The translations under genes and the position numbers were made by a program. Of a DNA stretch of 64,000 bases, positions 31,106-40,786 are shown piece by piece; position 1 is the first letter of the stretch; every line of letters begins with the position of its first letter. Source of the DNA: Candidatus Hydrogenedentota bacterium (GTDB lineage: Bacteria > Hydrogenedentota > Hydrogenedentia > Hydrogenedentales > JAEUWI01); NCBI GenBank assembly GCA_034669905.1, contig JAXMOL010000019.1, positions 32,001-96,000 on the forward strand. The letters run 5' to 3'. The notes under the pieces were generated by a model. That model ran no database searches, had not been told where the DNA came from, and saw nothing but the letters and a program-made list of their open reading frames with translations.

Positions 31106-32507
31106 GCGTCATGTAACCATAGTATTCGCCGCAATCGTCATTGTTGTGGCGGTCATCCAGGTCGCGTCGCTCATGGGCGCACGGATCGAGCAAGGGGATG
31201 TGTTTGCGGAGTATTCCACCATGCGGGCCGATCCGCTGGGCATGATGGCCGTCTTTAACGCGCTGAATGCCCTCCCCCAGTACGAAGCACTACAGTATGT
31301 CCGCCCCTTTGAAGAGTTACCCGACGGGAAGGGCACCACCCTGGTGATTGCCGGGGCCGGACTCGGCATGGACCCCCAGCCCATCCTGGAATCGCTGGAG
31401 CACTTTGTGTCCACGGGCGGCCGTGCCGTAATTACCTTTTCGCCATTGGAAGACGATTTTTCACTCGACATGCTTCGACGGAGCATGCGCGCACGGGATC
31501 GTGCCCTGGCGCGCAAGGCGAATCCAGACGGGGACGATACGCTGGAAGAAGAAGACGAGAAGGACGAAGAAGTAGAAGCCGAGGGCTCCGCCCTGGGGGA
31601 TGAAGTGCCAGAAGCCAACGAAGAGCGTGGCACGGCGGGCGACGGAGAAAGCACCGAGGGCACGGTCGACGCAGGGGAAGAGACGGAAGAGTCGGAAGAC
31701 CTCTCCGAAGAGGACGATGAATCCTTCCCCCTCTCCCCCGCCGACCTCAAGAGCCAGGACATCTCGGAGCGGTGGGACTTTGATTACGGTTTTGAAGTCC
31801 CCCTGAGTGGCACGGTGGCCTCCCGCGTCGACGAGAATTTACCGGTGGAAGCAAATCAACGCCTCTTCACGGGGCTCTATTTTTTGCCCGATACGGCGCA
31901 TTGGACAACTGTTTACCTACGACCCGGAGGCGATGAAGAGGAGCCCGGGCGGGCAACGGTGATGGAGCGCTATTTTGGTGAAGGCACCGTGGTGCTGTGC
32001 AGTGATGCCTACTTTCTCAGTAACGAAGCCCTTCGCAACGACCGGAGTCCCGGCCTGATACAGTGGGTCATGGGCAGTAATCCGACCCTGCTCTTCAGCG
32101 AAGTCCACCTCGGAAACGGCCAGAAAGACCGTATCATGACCCTGGTTCGGCGCTATCGCCTTCATGGCGTACTGGCGGGACTCCTGCTCATTGGCATCCT
32201 GTTTATCTGGAAAAACGCGACCACCCTGATCCCGCGCCGGGAACGATTGTTGGCGGCCCAGGCCGTGGCGGACCAGAGTCAGGGGGCCGGTATCAATCAC
32301 TTGCTTTCCCGCTTTGTGGCACCCGACGCCTTATTACCGCTCTGTGTCCAGGAATGGCGCACCCATTTTGGAAACAGCCCGGCCGCGCCGGCCGTCGAGA
32401 AGGCCCTGCAGTCGCAGGAGGCCGCCCCCCTATCCCGTAAAGACGAGGCAACGATTGTGGCCCGCTACAATCAGATTGCCCAGGAAGTTCAACATCGCAA
32501 ACCGTGA
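31092..32507 (+). CDS. DUF4350-like membrane-anchored protein
   Basis: YSTMRADPLG, GEGTVVLCSD...SNEAL, FSEVHLG, C-terminal TM; MoxR operon context. Confidence 0.75.
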   Translation: MGSRRRHVTIVFAAIVIVVAVIQVASLMGARIEQGDVFAEYSTMRADPLGMMAVFNALNALPQYEALQYVRPFEELPDGKGTTLVIAGAGLGMDPQPILESLEHFVSTGGRAVITFSPLEDDFSLDMLRRSMRARDRALARKANPDGDDTLEEEDEKDEEVEAEGSALGDEVPEANEERGTAGDGESTEGTVDAGEETEESEDLSEEDDESFPLSPADLKSQDISERWDFDYGFEVPLSGTVASRVDENLPVEANQRLFTGLYFLPDTAHWTTVYLRPGGDEEEPGRATVMERYFGEGTVVLCSDAYFLSNEALRNDRSPGLIQWVMGSNPTLLFSEVHLGNGQKDRIMTLVRRYRLHGVLAGLLLIGILFIWKNATTLIPRRERLLAAQAVADQSQGAGINHLLSRFVAPDALLPLCVQEWRTHFGNSPAAPAVEKALQSQEAAPLSRKDEATIVARYNQIAQEVQHRKP

Positions 32508-32563
32508 GCACGGCGTAGCGCACCCCGACGCCTGATGGTTGGGGGCAGGAAAGGAATGCATCG

Positions 32564-33532
32564 GTGAATTATTCGATTGAACAGCTTCAAGAGGTGCTCA
32601 GCCGCACGCGGAGCGAAATCGCCAAGGTAATTATTGGCCAGCAGGTGGTTATCGATCACGCGCTCATCACCATTTTTGCGGGACAGCACGCCCTGATTGA
32701 AGGGGTGCCCGGGGTTGCCAAGACCTTGTTGGTCCGCACGCTGGCCAAGGTCCTGGGCTGCGACTTTGGCCGCATCCAGTTTACGCCCGACCTTATGCCC
32801 ACAGACATTCTGGGCACCAATGTCTTCGACATGAAGGAGAGCGCCTTTACACTGGTCAAGGGGCCGGTCTTCACGACCTTCCTCCTCGGTGATGAGATCA
32901 ACCGGGCTCCTGCCAAGACCCAAAGCGCCTTGCTCCAGGCCATGCAGGAACGGAACGTAACCATCGACCGGGAAACCTATCCCCTGTCTCCGAATTTCTC
33001 CGTGTTTGCCACGCAGAATCCGATAGAATATGAGGGCACCTATCCCCTTCCTGAAGCCCAGAAAGACCGTTTCCTGCTGAAGATCATCATGGAATGCCCC
33101 GATGCGGCCGAGGAAGTGATGCTGGCCACGCGATCCCTTTCTCGTGCGGCCGCGCCGGAGCAGGTGCTTCAAGGCGACCACGTGCAACCCGTCCTTACCC
33201 CGGAAGCCCTTATCGCCTGCCGGGAAGCCCTGGAATCGGTCGCCCTGCGCGAAGAATTGATTCAGTATGCGGTGGCCATCGTACGAAAGACCCGGGCCTA
33301 CAGCAGCATCCTGGTGGGTGCGGGACCCCGGGCAACCCAGGCGCTCCTGGTGGCCAGCCGTGTGAATGCGGCCCTCCGGGGTCGGGACTTTGTCTCTCCC
33401 GATGACATCAAGTACCTTGCCGCACCGGTACTTTCCCACCGTTTGATACTACGGCCTGAGTTTGAAATCGAAGGACTGACGGTCGAAGAAGTCATCCACG
33501 AATTGCTGACCACGGTGACTGTGCCCCGATGA
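32564..33532 (+). CDS. moxR: MoxR family AAA+ ATPase
   Basis: HALIEGVPGVAKT, RIQFTPDLMP, DEINRAPAKTQSALL, ATQNPIEYEGTYPLPEAQKDRF. Confidence 0.95.
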   Translation: MNYSIEQLQEVLSRTRSEIAKVIIGQQVVIDHALITIFAGQHALIEGVPGVAKTLLVRTLAKVLGCDFGRIQFTPDLMPTDILGTNVFDMKESAFTLVKGPVFTTFLLGDEINRAPAKTQSALLQAMQERNVTIDRETYPLSPNFSVFATQNPIEYEGTYPLPEAQKDRFLLKIIMECPDAAEEVMLATRSLSRAAAPEQVLQGDHVQPVLTPEALIACREALESVALREELIQYAVAIVRKTRAYSSILVGAGPRATQALLVASRVNAALRGRDFVSPDDIKYLAAPVLSHRLILRPEFEIEGLTVEEVIHELLTTVTVPR

Positions 33533-34878
33533 TTGCCCCCACCAACAGATTGTTGCTGTGGACCGTGTGGCTCGTCTTTCCGCTGGCGGTGTTGGCGGCC
33601 GTGGAACCGTTGTTTATCGCGGTCGGCAGCCTGATCGTGTTGGTCAGTGCCATTCTGGTGGTGCTGGATCTCCACCGCGGATCAGCGTTTCCGGAAAGCT
33701 ATTCGGTCAGCCTCCCGGAGCTTTCCCGTTATTCCCGATTGAGTGCCGGGAGCTTTTCCGTCACCGTGGAGTGCGCCCAACCCCGTAAACGCCCCTACCC
33801 CATTCGCATCGGGCTCTCCGTGCCGGAAGGGCTTCAATTCACCACGCCGATACAGGAAGTAACCCTGGCCCCCGATGGCAGTCCCCAGTCCATCACGTGG
33901 GATTGCCTCCCCGAACGAAGGGGGCAGTATAGGATTGACGGTGCCTACCTGGAGTGCAGCTCCCCCTGGGGCCTGTGGCATCTTCGCCGCCACCTGGGCA
34001 ACACGGCCGAAATCCGGGTCTATCCCAACCTGATTCCCGAACGCAATCGCATGGCTTCCGTGTTTCTCAATCGAAGTGGCCTGGGCATTCACGCCCAGCG
34101 TCAGGTCGGCAAGGGCCGTGAATTTGAGCAGCTGCGGGAATACATCCCGGGCGACAGCTATGAGGACATCCACTGGAAAGCCACGGCACGGCGCGGGCTG
34201 CCGATTACGAAGACCTATCAAATCGAACGGACGCAGGAAGTTTACGTCATTGTGGATTCCTCCCGCTTGAGTGCCCGCATGATTCCCGGCTCCGGGCCTG
34301 ACGGCGCCCCCGAAGCCCAACTGGAACATGCGCTGAGCGCGGCCCTCCTGTTGGGTGTGGTGGCGGAGAAACAGGGGGACTTCTTTGGTCTGGTCACCTT
34401 CAGCAGCCAGGTACACCAGTTCATCCGGGCGAGTAAAGGCCACGGACACTTCAACAGTTGCCGTGAAGCCCTGTATACGCTACAGCCCCAACGGGTAAAC
34501 CCCGACTTTGAAGAGATCTGCACCTTTATCCGTTTGCGGTTACGGCGGAGGGCCCTCCTCCTCTTCCTGACCAATCTGGATGACCCCGTATTGGCAGAGA
34601 GTTTCAGCCGGAACCTGGCCCTCCTTTCCAATCGCCATCTGGTCATGGTCAACATGATTACCCCCGAACATGTGCGCCCCCTCTTCTCGCAAGGCAGTGC
34701 CGAAAGCATCGACGATGTGTATCAGCATCTCGGGGGCCATCTCCAATGGAACAACCTGCGGGAAACCCAGCGTAACCTTCACCGCCACGGAGTGGACATG
34801 CATTTGGCGGACCATGAGAGTCTCTTTGCGGACATGGTGTCCCAATACGTCAGCGTCAAGCAACGGCAGGCCCTATGA
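33529..34878 (+). CDS. DUF58 domain protein
   Basis: GREFEQLREYIPGDSYEDIHWKATAR; vWA-like C-terminus (DSSRLS). Confidence 0.9.
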   Translation: MIAPTNRLLLWTVWLVFPLAVLAAVEPLFIAVGSLIVLVSAILVVLDLHRGSAFPESYSVSLPELSRYSRLSAGSFSVTVECAQPRKRPYPIRIGLSVPEGLQFTTPIQEVTLAPDGSPQSITWDCLPERRGQYRIDGAYLECSSPWGLWHLRRHLGNTAEIRVYPNLIPERNRMASVFLNRSGLGIHAQRQVGKGREFEQLREYIPGDSYEDIHWKATARRGLPITKTYQIERTQEVYVIVDSSRLSARMIPGSGPDGAPEAQLEHALSAALLLGVVAEKQGDFFGLVTFSSQVHQFIRASKGHGHFNSCREALYTLQPQRVNPDFEEICTFIRLRLRRRALLLFLTNLDDPVLAESFSRNLALLSNRHLVMVNMITPEHVRPLFSQGSAESIDDVYQHLGGHLQWNNLRETQRNLHRHGVDMHLADHESLFADMVSQYVSVKQRQAL

Positions 34879-35918
34879 TCATCGATCTTGAACGATTCGT
34901 CGCCCAGGAGCAGCCCTATTGGGATGAGTTGCAGTCTATGCTTACCCGCATGGAGCAAGAGGCGGGCGCTCCTCTCGGCCTGGAAGACATCAAACGCTTC
35001 GACTACCTCTATCAACGCACCGCCTCGGATTTGGCGCGCATCAGCACCTTCTCTGCCGAGCCCACCACCCGGCGTTTTCTGGAGAACCTGGTCGCGCGGG
35101 CCTATGCGGAGATTCATGAGACGCGCCATACCCGGGAGCGGCTGGATCTAAGGCAGTGGCTGCTCGCGACCTTTCCACAGACCTTTCGCCGCCATCTCCG
35201 TGCCTTTCAGATGACCGTCCTGGTCACGTTCATCGGTTGTGTCTTCGGGGCCCTGGTGGTCGCGACCGACGCCCCGGCTAAGGGCGTCATTCTCCCCTTT
35301 GACCATCTTCACGGCAACCCGTCGGATCGGGTCGCCGAGGAAGAGTCCGTCACCGAAGATCGCATGAAAGGGCACCGCAGTCAGTTTTCCGCCGAGCTCA
35401 TGGCCAACAACATCCGAGTCAGTATTACGGCCATGGCGCTGGGAATGACCTGGGGTATAGGCACCCTTATTCTCCTTTTTTACAATGGGGTCATTCTGGG
35501 GGCAGTCGCTCTGGACTATATTGCTTCCGGGGAAATCGTATTCCTTCTGGGCTGGTTGCTTCCCCATGGGTCCATTGAAATTCCAGCCATCCTCCTCGCG
35601 GGGCAGGCGGGTCTCGTGCTGGCCCATGCGCTGGTAGGCTTTGGCTCAGAGCACACCCTGCGGGAGCGCATGCGCCTGGTCGGCCCGGACCTCGTCACCC
35701 TGATCGCTGGGGTCTCACTCATGTTGGTCTGGGCCGGTATTATCGAGGCCTTTTTCAGTCAGTACCATGAGCCCTACTTACCGTACAGCCTGAAGATCGC
35801 CTTTGGGACCACCGAACTCATTTTGCTTTACGTCTACCTCACCCGCTTTGGACGGGGCGGTGAAGCGTCGCTCGCGACGCCCGGGAAAGCCGCCTCCAAG
35901 GAGGCCCCTGCGTCATGA
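34875..35918 (+). CDS. SpoIIM-family integral membrane protein
   Basis: NNIRVS, NGVILG, PHGSIEIPAI, AGIIEAFFS. Confidence 0.9.
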   Translation: MIIDLERFVAQEQPYWDELQSMLTRMEQEAGAPLGLEDIKRFDYLYQRTASDLARISTFSAEPTTRRFLENLVARAYAEIHETRHTRERLDLRQWLLATFPQTFRRHLRAFQMTVLVTFIGCVFGALVVATDAPAKGVILPFDHLHGNPSDRVAEEESVTEDRMKGHRSQFSAELMANNIRVSITAMALGMTWGIGTLILLFYNGVILGAVALDYIASGEIVFLLGWLLPHGSIEIPAILLAGQAGLVLAHALVGFGSEHTLRERMRLVGPDLVTLIAGVSLMLVWAGIIEAFFSQYHEPYLPYSLKIAFGTTELILLYVYLTRFGRGGEASLATPGKAASKEAPAS

Positions 35919-36682
35919 TTACCGACTTGCGCCGACGCCTGACCATTGAGACCCCGGAAGGAGTCGCCTTTACCATCTACCTCGCGGGCCCCTTCACACG
36001 CTTTCTGGCCTGGATTGTGGATTGTCTGCTCCTCCAGGTGGCCGCCTGGTTCGTCTTTGGTATCGTTTCCGCCGTGGCACCGATCATGGGAAACATCGGG
36101 GTTGCCATACTCGTGCTCTTTTATTTCGCCAGTGGTTTTGCCTATCGAATCGGTATGGAATGGCGCTACCGGGGACAAACCTTCGGGAAACGCCTGCTCA
36201 ACCTGCGCGTCGTCGACAGTTCAGGACTGCGCCTCCGGTTCAGCCAGATTGTAATTCGCAATCTTCTGCGCATCGTGGATGCAATGCCCCTCTTCTATGT
36301 GCTCGGCGGCGTTACCATGCTGCTGAGCAAACGGCATCAACGGTTGGGTGATCTGGCCGCCAACTGCGTGGTCACCTATCTGCCCGACAACGAAACGCCG
36401 GATTTCAAGCAGGTATTGCCGGGCAAATACAACTCCTTCCGCGACTACCCCCATCTGGAAGGCCGCCTGCGCCAACAGGTAACCCCCCAAGAGGCCGATC
36501 TTCTCGTGCAATCCCTGTTACGGCGGGACAGCCTGGAGGCCGGGGAGCGGGTTCAACTCTATCACGCGTTGGGGGCTCACTTTCGGGAAAAGACGACCTT
36601 TCCCGACGAAGCCACCGTGGGCATCACCGATGAGCAATATCTCCGAAACGTGGTCGACTCAGTCTTTCGGGGCAAGCGTTAG
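35915..36682 (+). CDS. RDD family protein
   Basis: IETPEGV, RFLAWIVD, GQTFGKRLLNLRVV, RNLLRIVD, QRLGDLAA. Confidence 0.92.
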   Translation: MITDLRRRLTIETPEGVAFTIYLAGPFTRFLAWIVDCLLLQVAAWFVFGIVSAVAPIMGNIGVAILVLFYFASGFAYRIGMEWRYRGQTFGKRLLNLRVVDSSGLRLRFSQIVIRNLLRIVDAMPLFYVLGGVTMLLSKRHQRLGDLAANCVVTYLPDNETPDFKQVLPGKYNSFRDYPHLEGRLRQQVTPQEADLLVQSLLRRDSLEAGERVQLYHALGAHFREKTTFPDEATVGITDEQYLRNVVDSVFRGKR

Positions 36683-36712
36683 CCCCCGATCCGACCGACC
36701 TGTTCACCGCGA

Positions 36713-36741
36713 TTGACCGCCGCGGCGCCATCCAGTAAGAT
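36713..36741 (+). promoter_or_regulatory. sigma70-type promoter of GlcG copy 1
   Basis: TTGACC-17-TAAGAT. Confidence 0.6.
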
Positions 36742-36831
36742 AGGCGATGGTCGTGGAACACGGCACCCCCTTCTGTATTGGTGTGTGCTGTGCCCTGTCG
36801 TGATTTATCCAACTGAGAGAAAGAACCCCCT

Positions 36832-37341
36832 ATGAAGAGCAAGCTGTTTTTTGCTGGTGCCCTGGCCCTTTGCCTGGTAAGTGTCTGTACGTACAACTGG
36901 ACGTCTGTTGAAGCCCATGACGACGCCGGACAGTATTCCGGAGCCGACATTGACCTCCACTCGGCGACGCACATCATTGAGGCCGCGGTCAAAAAGGCCG
37001 AAGAACTCGACACGAAAATGGATATCTGCGTGGTCGATGCCGGTGCTAATCTCAAGGCCTTCGTCCGTATGGACGGTGCCTGGTTGGGCAGTATCGATAT
37101 TGCCATCAAGAAAGCCAAGACAGCGCGCTTTTTTGACATGGACACCGGTGTAATCGGTGGCCTCAGCCAGCCCGGCGGCGCGCTCTATAACATCGAGCAC
37201 TCCAATGGTGGGCTTATCACCTTCCCCGGCGGCGTTCCCTTGAAGAATAAAGACGGCCAGGTTATTGGTGCCATCGGCGTTTCCGGTTCCTCCGTGGAAA
37301 ACGATCATGCCGTCGCCACCGCCGGTGCGGCTGCACTCTAA
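36832..37341 (+). CDS. GlcG/HbpS family haem-binding protein with signal peptide
   Basis: VVDAG...RMDGA...KAKTA...GGVPL...IGAIGVSG...D; N-terminal signal peptide ending VEA. Confidence 0.9.
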   Translation: MKSKLFFAGALALCLVSVCTYNWTSVEAHDDAGQYSGADIDLHSATHIIEAAVKKAEELDTKMDICVVDAGANLKAFVRMDGAWLGSIDIAIKKAKTARFFDMDTGVIGGLSQPGGALYNIEHSNGGLITFPGGVPLKNKDGQVIGAIGVSGSSVENDHAVATAGAAAL

Positions 37342-37367
37342 GACCTGACGCACCCGGTTAGTTATTC

Positions 37368-37400
37368 TGCCTCCGACACACCGTGTCGGGGGGCATTTTT
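37368..37400 (+). terminator. intrinsic terminator
   Basis: TGCCTCCGACAC-ACC-GTGTCGGGGGGCA stem followed by TTTTT. Confidence 0.75.
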
Positions 37401-37448
37401 ATTTCTAACTGGGCGCATCAACGGGGACTGTTACACTGGAGGATGCCA

Positions 37449-37477
37449 TTGACGATGGGACAGAAATCCAGTAGTAT
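37449..37477 (+). promoter_or_regulatory. sigma70-type promoter of GlcG copy 2
   Basis: TTGACG-17-TAGTAT. Confidence 0.6.
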
Positions 37478-37565
37478 GAGAGCGCTTTGCTGATTGGGTT
37501 TCTCGCCCAACGACTCAAGAGATACCTGCCCCAAATCAATTCCAACCCAAAAGGAATAGAGCACT

Positions 37566-37970
37566 ATGAGCGCTGACATTGACCTTCAATCGGCCAATCG
37601 TGTGGTCGAAGCTGCCGTAAAGAAAGCCACCGAGATTGACACAAAGATGAATATCGCCGTCGTAGACGCCGGGGCCAATCTGAAGGCCTTCGCCCGGATA
37701 GACGGCGCGTGGCTGGGCAGTATCGACATTTCTATCAAGAAAGCCAAAACCGCCCGCTTTTTCGATATGGATACCGGCGTCATTGGAAGCCTGAGTCAGC
37801 CCGGTGGGCCACTCTACAACATTGAGCATTCGAACGGTGGCCTCATCACTTTTCCCGGTGGTGTCCCCTTGAAAAACAAAGACGGCGTTATCATCGGCGC
37901 CATCGGCGTTTCCGGTTCCTCCGTGGAAAACGACCACGCCGTGGCCACGGCCGGTGCGGAAGCATTGTAG
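37566..37970 (+). CDS. GlcG/HbpS family haem-binding protein, cytoplasmic
   Basis: Same motifs as the upstream paralog, no signal peptide; AAGGA RBS. Confidence 0.92.
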   Translation: MSADIDLQSANRVVEAAVKKATEIDTKMNIAVVDAGANLKAFARIDGAWLGSIDISIKKAKTARFFDMDTGVIGSLSQPGGPLYNIEHSNGGLITFPGGVPLKNKDGVIIGAIGVSGSSVENDHAVATAGAEAL

Positions 37971-37993
37971 GCAGTCCCGCTTCGCATTTCCCC

Positions 37994-38030
37994 CAGTCCC
38001 CTACGGCTTGCCGCAGGGGGCTGTTTCTTT
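37994..38030 (+). terminator. intrinsic terminator
   Basis: CAGTCCCCT...AGGGGGCTG stem followed by TTTCTTT. Confidence 0.7.
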
Positions 38031-38184
38031 ACCAATCCATGCCGCTCGGGGTATACTAGGGCCTGCGTCCCCTCCCCCGCCCAACAGGCCAGCGGCACTT
38101 CAATTGCTGCACCACTCAGCGCAAATCGGCCGGCGGACACCCCGAGGGGTGAGTCTCAATAACGTAGTCAGGAAAGGTTGCACC

Positions 38185-38520
38185 GTGCTTAAAGGTTTAG
38201 GTGATCTTGGAAAAATGGGTGGCATGCTCAAGCAGGCCATGGAAATGAAAGGTCGGATGGAGGAGCTCAAAGAGCAACTCGGCGACGAACGCATTGAAGC
38301 CGATTCCGGTGCGGGCATGGTCCGTATTGTCATGAACGGCAAGATGGAATTGCTCTCCATCAAGATTGAACCGGAAATCATCAATCCCGAAGAGCCCGAA
38401 ATGCTGGAAACCATGGTGCAGGCGGCTATCAACGAAGGTACCCGCAAAGCCCAGGAAATGGTCAAAGAGAAGATGAGCGAAATGGCCGGTGGCCTCGACA
38501 TTCCAGGATTGACGAGCTAG
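38185..38520 (+). CDS. ybaB: YbaB/EbfC nucleoid-associated protein (start moved to GTG 38185)
   Basis: MLKQAMEM...SGAGMVRIVMNG...IEPEII...MLETMVQAAINE...GLDIPGL. Confidence 0.93.
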   Translation: MLKGLGDLGKMGGMLKQAMEMKGRMEELKEQLGDERIEADSGAGMVRIVMNGKMELLSIKIEPEIINPEEPEMLETMVQAAINEGTRKAQEMVKEKMSEMAGGLDIPGLTS

Positions 38521-39455
38521 TGCGGACTGTTTTCTTTGGAACACCGGACATCGCGGTCCCGACACTGCAAGCGGTGGAAGCCCTGCACGATGTGGCGGCC
38601 GTGGTGTGCCAGCCCGACAAGCCCCAGGGACGGAGCAAAAAGCCCGTGCCCCCTCCGGTCAAAGTGGCGGCCGAAAAACTGGGTATCCCCGTTCACCAGC
38701 CCACCCGGCTGAACGATGGCACCTTTGAGGCCTGGCTCCGTGAGTTGGCTCCGGACGTATGCACGATCGCCGCCTATGGCCGCATCCTGAAGCAGCCCAT
38801 CCTGGATATTCCGCCGTTGGGCTGGCTGAACGTGCATCCCAGTCTCCTGCCGAAGTATCGCGGCCCATCCCCCATACGGTCCGCCATACTGCGCGGCGAC
38901 ACGGAGACGGGAGTCAGCATTATGCGACTGGTCCTGGAAATGGATGCGGGCGATATCTTGCTGCAGGAACGGGTCGCCATCGGTGAGAATGAAAACGCGG
39001 TAAGCCTGGCGAAGCGGCTGGGTATGCTGGGTGCCGACCTGATGCTGAAGGGACTCCGTCAGTTGGAGGACGGCACGGCGGTCTTTACGCCCCAGGACCC
39101 CACGAAGGTGGTGGAATGCCGGATGTTTGAAAAGAACGACGGCCGAATCCAGTGGGCGAAACCCGCGGAAGTCATTCACAATCTCGTGCGTGCGGCCCAA
39201 CCGTGGCCGATTGCCCATTGCCATATGAATGGCGAGGTATACCGCATCCACGCAACCGAAAGAATCGAGGGCAATGCCATGGCCGAACCCGGCACGGTAG
39301 AGCACGTAATGAAAGACCGGCTGGTCGTGGCCACGGGCGATGGTCGCCTCGCGATCACCCAGATCCAGGCCCCCGGCAAGCGAATGATGGATGTAGGCGA
39401 CTTTCTCCGCGGACACCGGCTCGAGCCGGGCGTCCAGTTTACGGATATCAGCTGA
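38520..39455 (+). CDS. fmt: methionyl-tRNA formyltransferase
   Basis: FFGTPD, QPDKPQGR, AYGRIL, NVHPSLLPKYRGPSPI, MDAGDI. Confidence 0.97.
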   Translation: MRTVFFGTPDIAVPTLQAVEALHDVAAVVCQPDKPQGRSKKPVPPPVKVAAEKLGIPVHQPTRLNDGTFEAWLRELAPDVCTIAAYGRILKQPILDIPPLGWLNVHPSLLPKYRGPSPIRSAILRGDTETGVSIMRLVLEMDAGDILLQERVAIGENENAVSLAKRLGMLGADLMLKGLRQLEDGTAVFTPQDPTKVVECRMFEKNDGRIQWAKPAEVIHNLVRAAQPWPIAHCHMNGEVYRIHATERIEGNAMAEPGTVEHVMKDRLVVATGDGRLAITQIQAPGKRMMDVGDFLRGHRLEPGVQFTDIS

Positions 39456-40786
39456 TGGCCGCCGAACCCGTACGCGATGCGGCCATCGATGTGTTGTTGC
39501 GTGTCATTGAGCGCGATGTTTTTCTGGATGTTTCGCTGGACAAGACGCTCCGCCGAAAGAACTTCTCCGATCGGGGCCGTCGATTTCTGGGCATGCTCGT
39601 CTATGGAACGATTCGCCACCGCATCCTGTGTGACTACGTCCTCCAGAAACATTGCCATCAGCCCCTGGACAAACTGCCGACGGTCTTGCTGGTCATCTTG
39701 CGCATGGCGGTGTTTCAGGCCCTTTTCTGCGATCAGGTTACGACCCCGGCGATGGTTCATACCTCGGTGGATCTGGCCAAGAAACGCACCCACGCCGGGC
39801 TTGCCCGCATGGTCAATGCCGTACTGCGAAAAGTTCCCGAGCGTCTCGAAGACATCGTCCTTCCCAGCGAAGAGGATGAGCTGTTCAAGTTCCTGAAGAT
39901 TCGCTATTCCATGCCCAAATGGCTTATCCGGAAATGGGCGGAGCAGTTTGACGAAGAAACCGCTCGGCGCCTGTGCGAAACCTCCAACGAGGCGGCGGAC
40001 TCCATCCTCCGTGTAAACACCTTGAAGACGACCGTTGCCGAATTGACACAACGCCTCGAGAAATCGGGTTGTGTCGTAGAGGACGACGTGATGCTGCCCA
40101 ATGCCCTGCGCATGGTCCAGGGAGGCGCCCTCCCCCGAAGCAAGTGGTTCCAACAGGGACATTTCTTTCTGCAGGACACGGCTTCCATGCTTCCCGGCCT
40201 TCTCCTGGAACCCCAGGCAGGGGAACGGGTATTAGACCTGTGTGCTGCGCCAGGCGGCAAGGCGACCCATATGGCCGAGTTATCGGATGGGAAAGCCACG
40301 ATCGTCGCCATGGATTCGAGTCGACGACGCCTCTGGAAGGTCCAGGAAAATGTGGAGCGACTGGAATGTCCCGGCGTTCACATCGTTTGTGGAAACGGGC
40401 TGAACGCGCCATTCGCGGGCGGATTCGACCGGATATTGGTCGATGCGCCATGCTCGGGACTCGGTACGCTTCGGCGCCATCCCGATTTGAAGTGGCGTAT
40501 GACCCAGGCATCGGTCGAAGAATTGGCTGAAACTCAACGGGACTTATTGCGTTCCGCTATTGCGCTTTGTAAAAATAACGGGGTAGTCGTCTATTCCGTT
40601 TGCACCTTCACCCCCGAAGAAACCACCGCCGTGGTGGAATCTATTCTATCGGAGGGTCAGGTGGTGCTGGAAACAGGTCAGGAGTGTTTAGAAACGTGGA
40701 AAACGGCCGAGGGAATGTATCAGAGCCTCCCGTCCGACGGGGCGTGGGACGGATTTTTCTTGACGCGATTTCGGAAACAATCCTGA
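39455..40786 (+). CDS. rsmB: 16S rRNA m5C967 methyltransferase RsmB/Sun (start moved to ATG 39455)
   Basis: NusB-like N-domain, DLCAAPGGK, DAPCSGLG, YSVCT, DGFF. Confidence 0.95.
   Translation: MAAEPVRDAAIDVLLRVIERDVFLDVSLDKTLRRKNFSDRGRRFLGMLVYGTIRHRILCDYVLQKHCHQPLDKLPTVLLVILRMAVFQALFCDQVTTPAMVHTSVDLAKKRTHAGLARMVNAVLRKVPERLEDIVLPSEEDELFKFLKIRYSMPKWLIRKWAEQFDEETARRLCETSNEAADSILRVNTLKTTVAELTQRLEKSGCVVEDDVMLPNALRMVQGGALPRSKWFQQGHFFLQDTASMLPGLLLEPQAGERVLDLCAAPGGKATHMAELSDGKATIVAMDSSRRRLWKVQENVERLECPGVHIVCGNGLNAPFAGGFDRILVDAPCSGLGTLRRHPDLKWRMTQASVEELAETQRDLLRSAIALCKNNGVVVYSVCTFTPEETTAVVESILSEGQVVLETGQECLETWKTAEGMYQSLPSDGAWDGFFLTRFRKQS

Noticed and set aside
36743..36760. GGCGATGG (and GGCGATG...CGCC near 48030) as a fluoride riboswitch
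   Set aside because: Both lack the GGCGAUGGnGUUCGCC hairpin and the downstream pseudoknot segment.
40783..40786. Non-canonical CTG start for the PASTA gene overlapping the rsmB stop
   Set aside because: An in-frame GTG at 40744 gives a plausible N-terminus, so no unusual start is needed.
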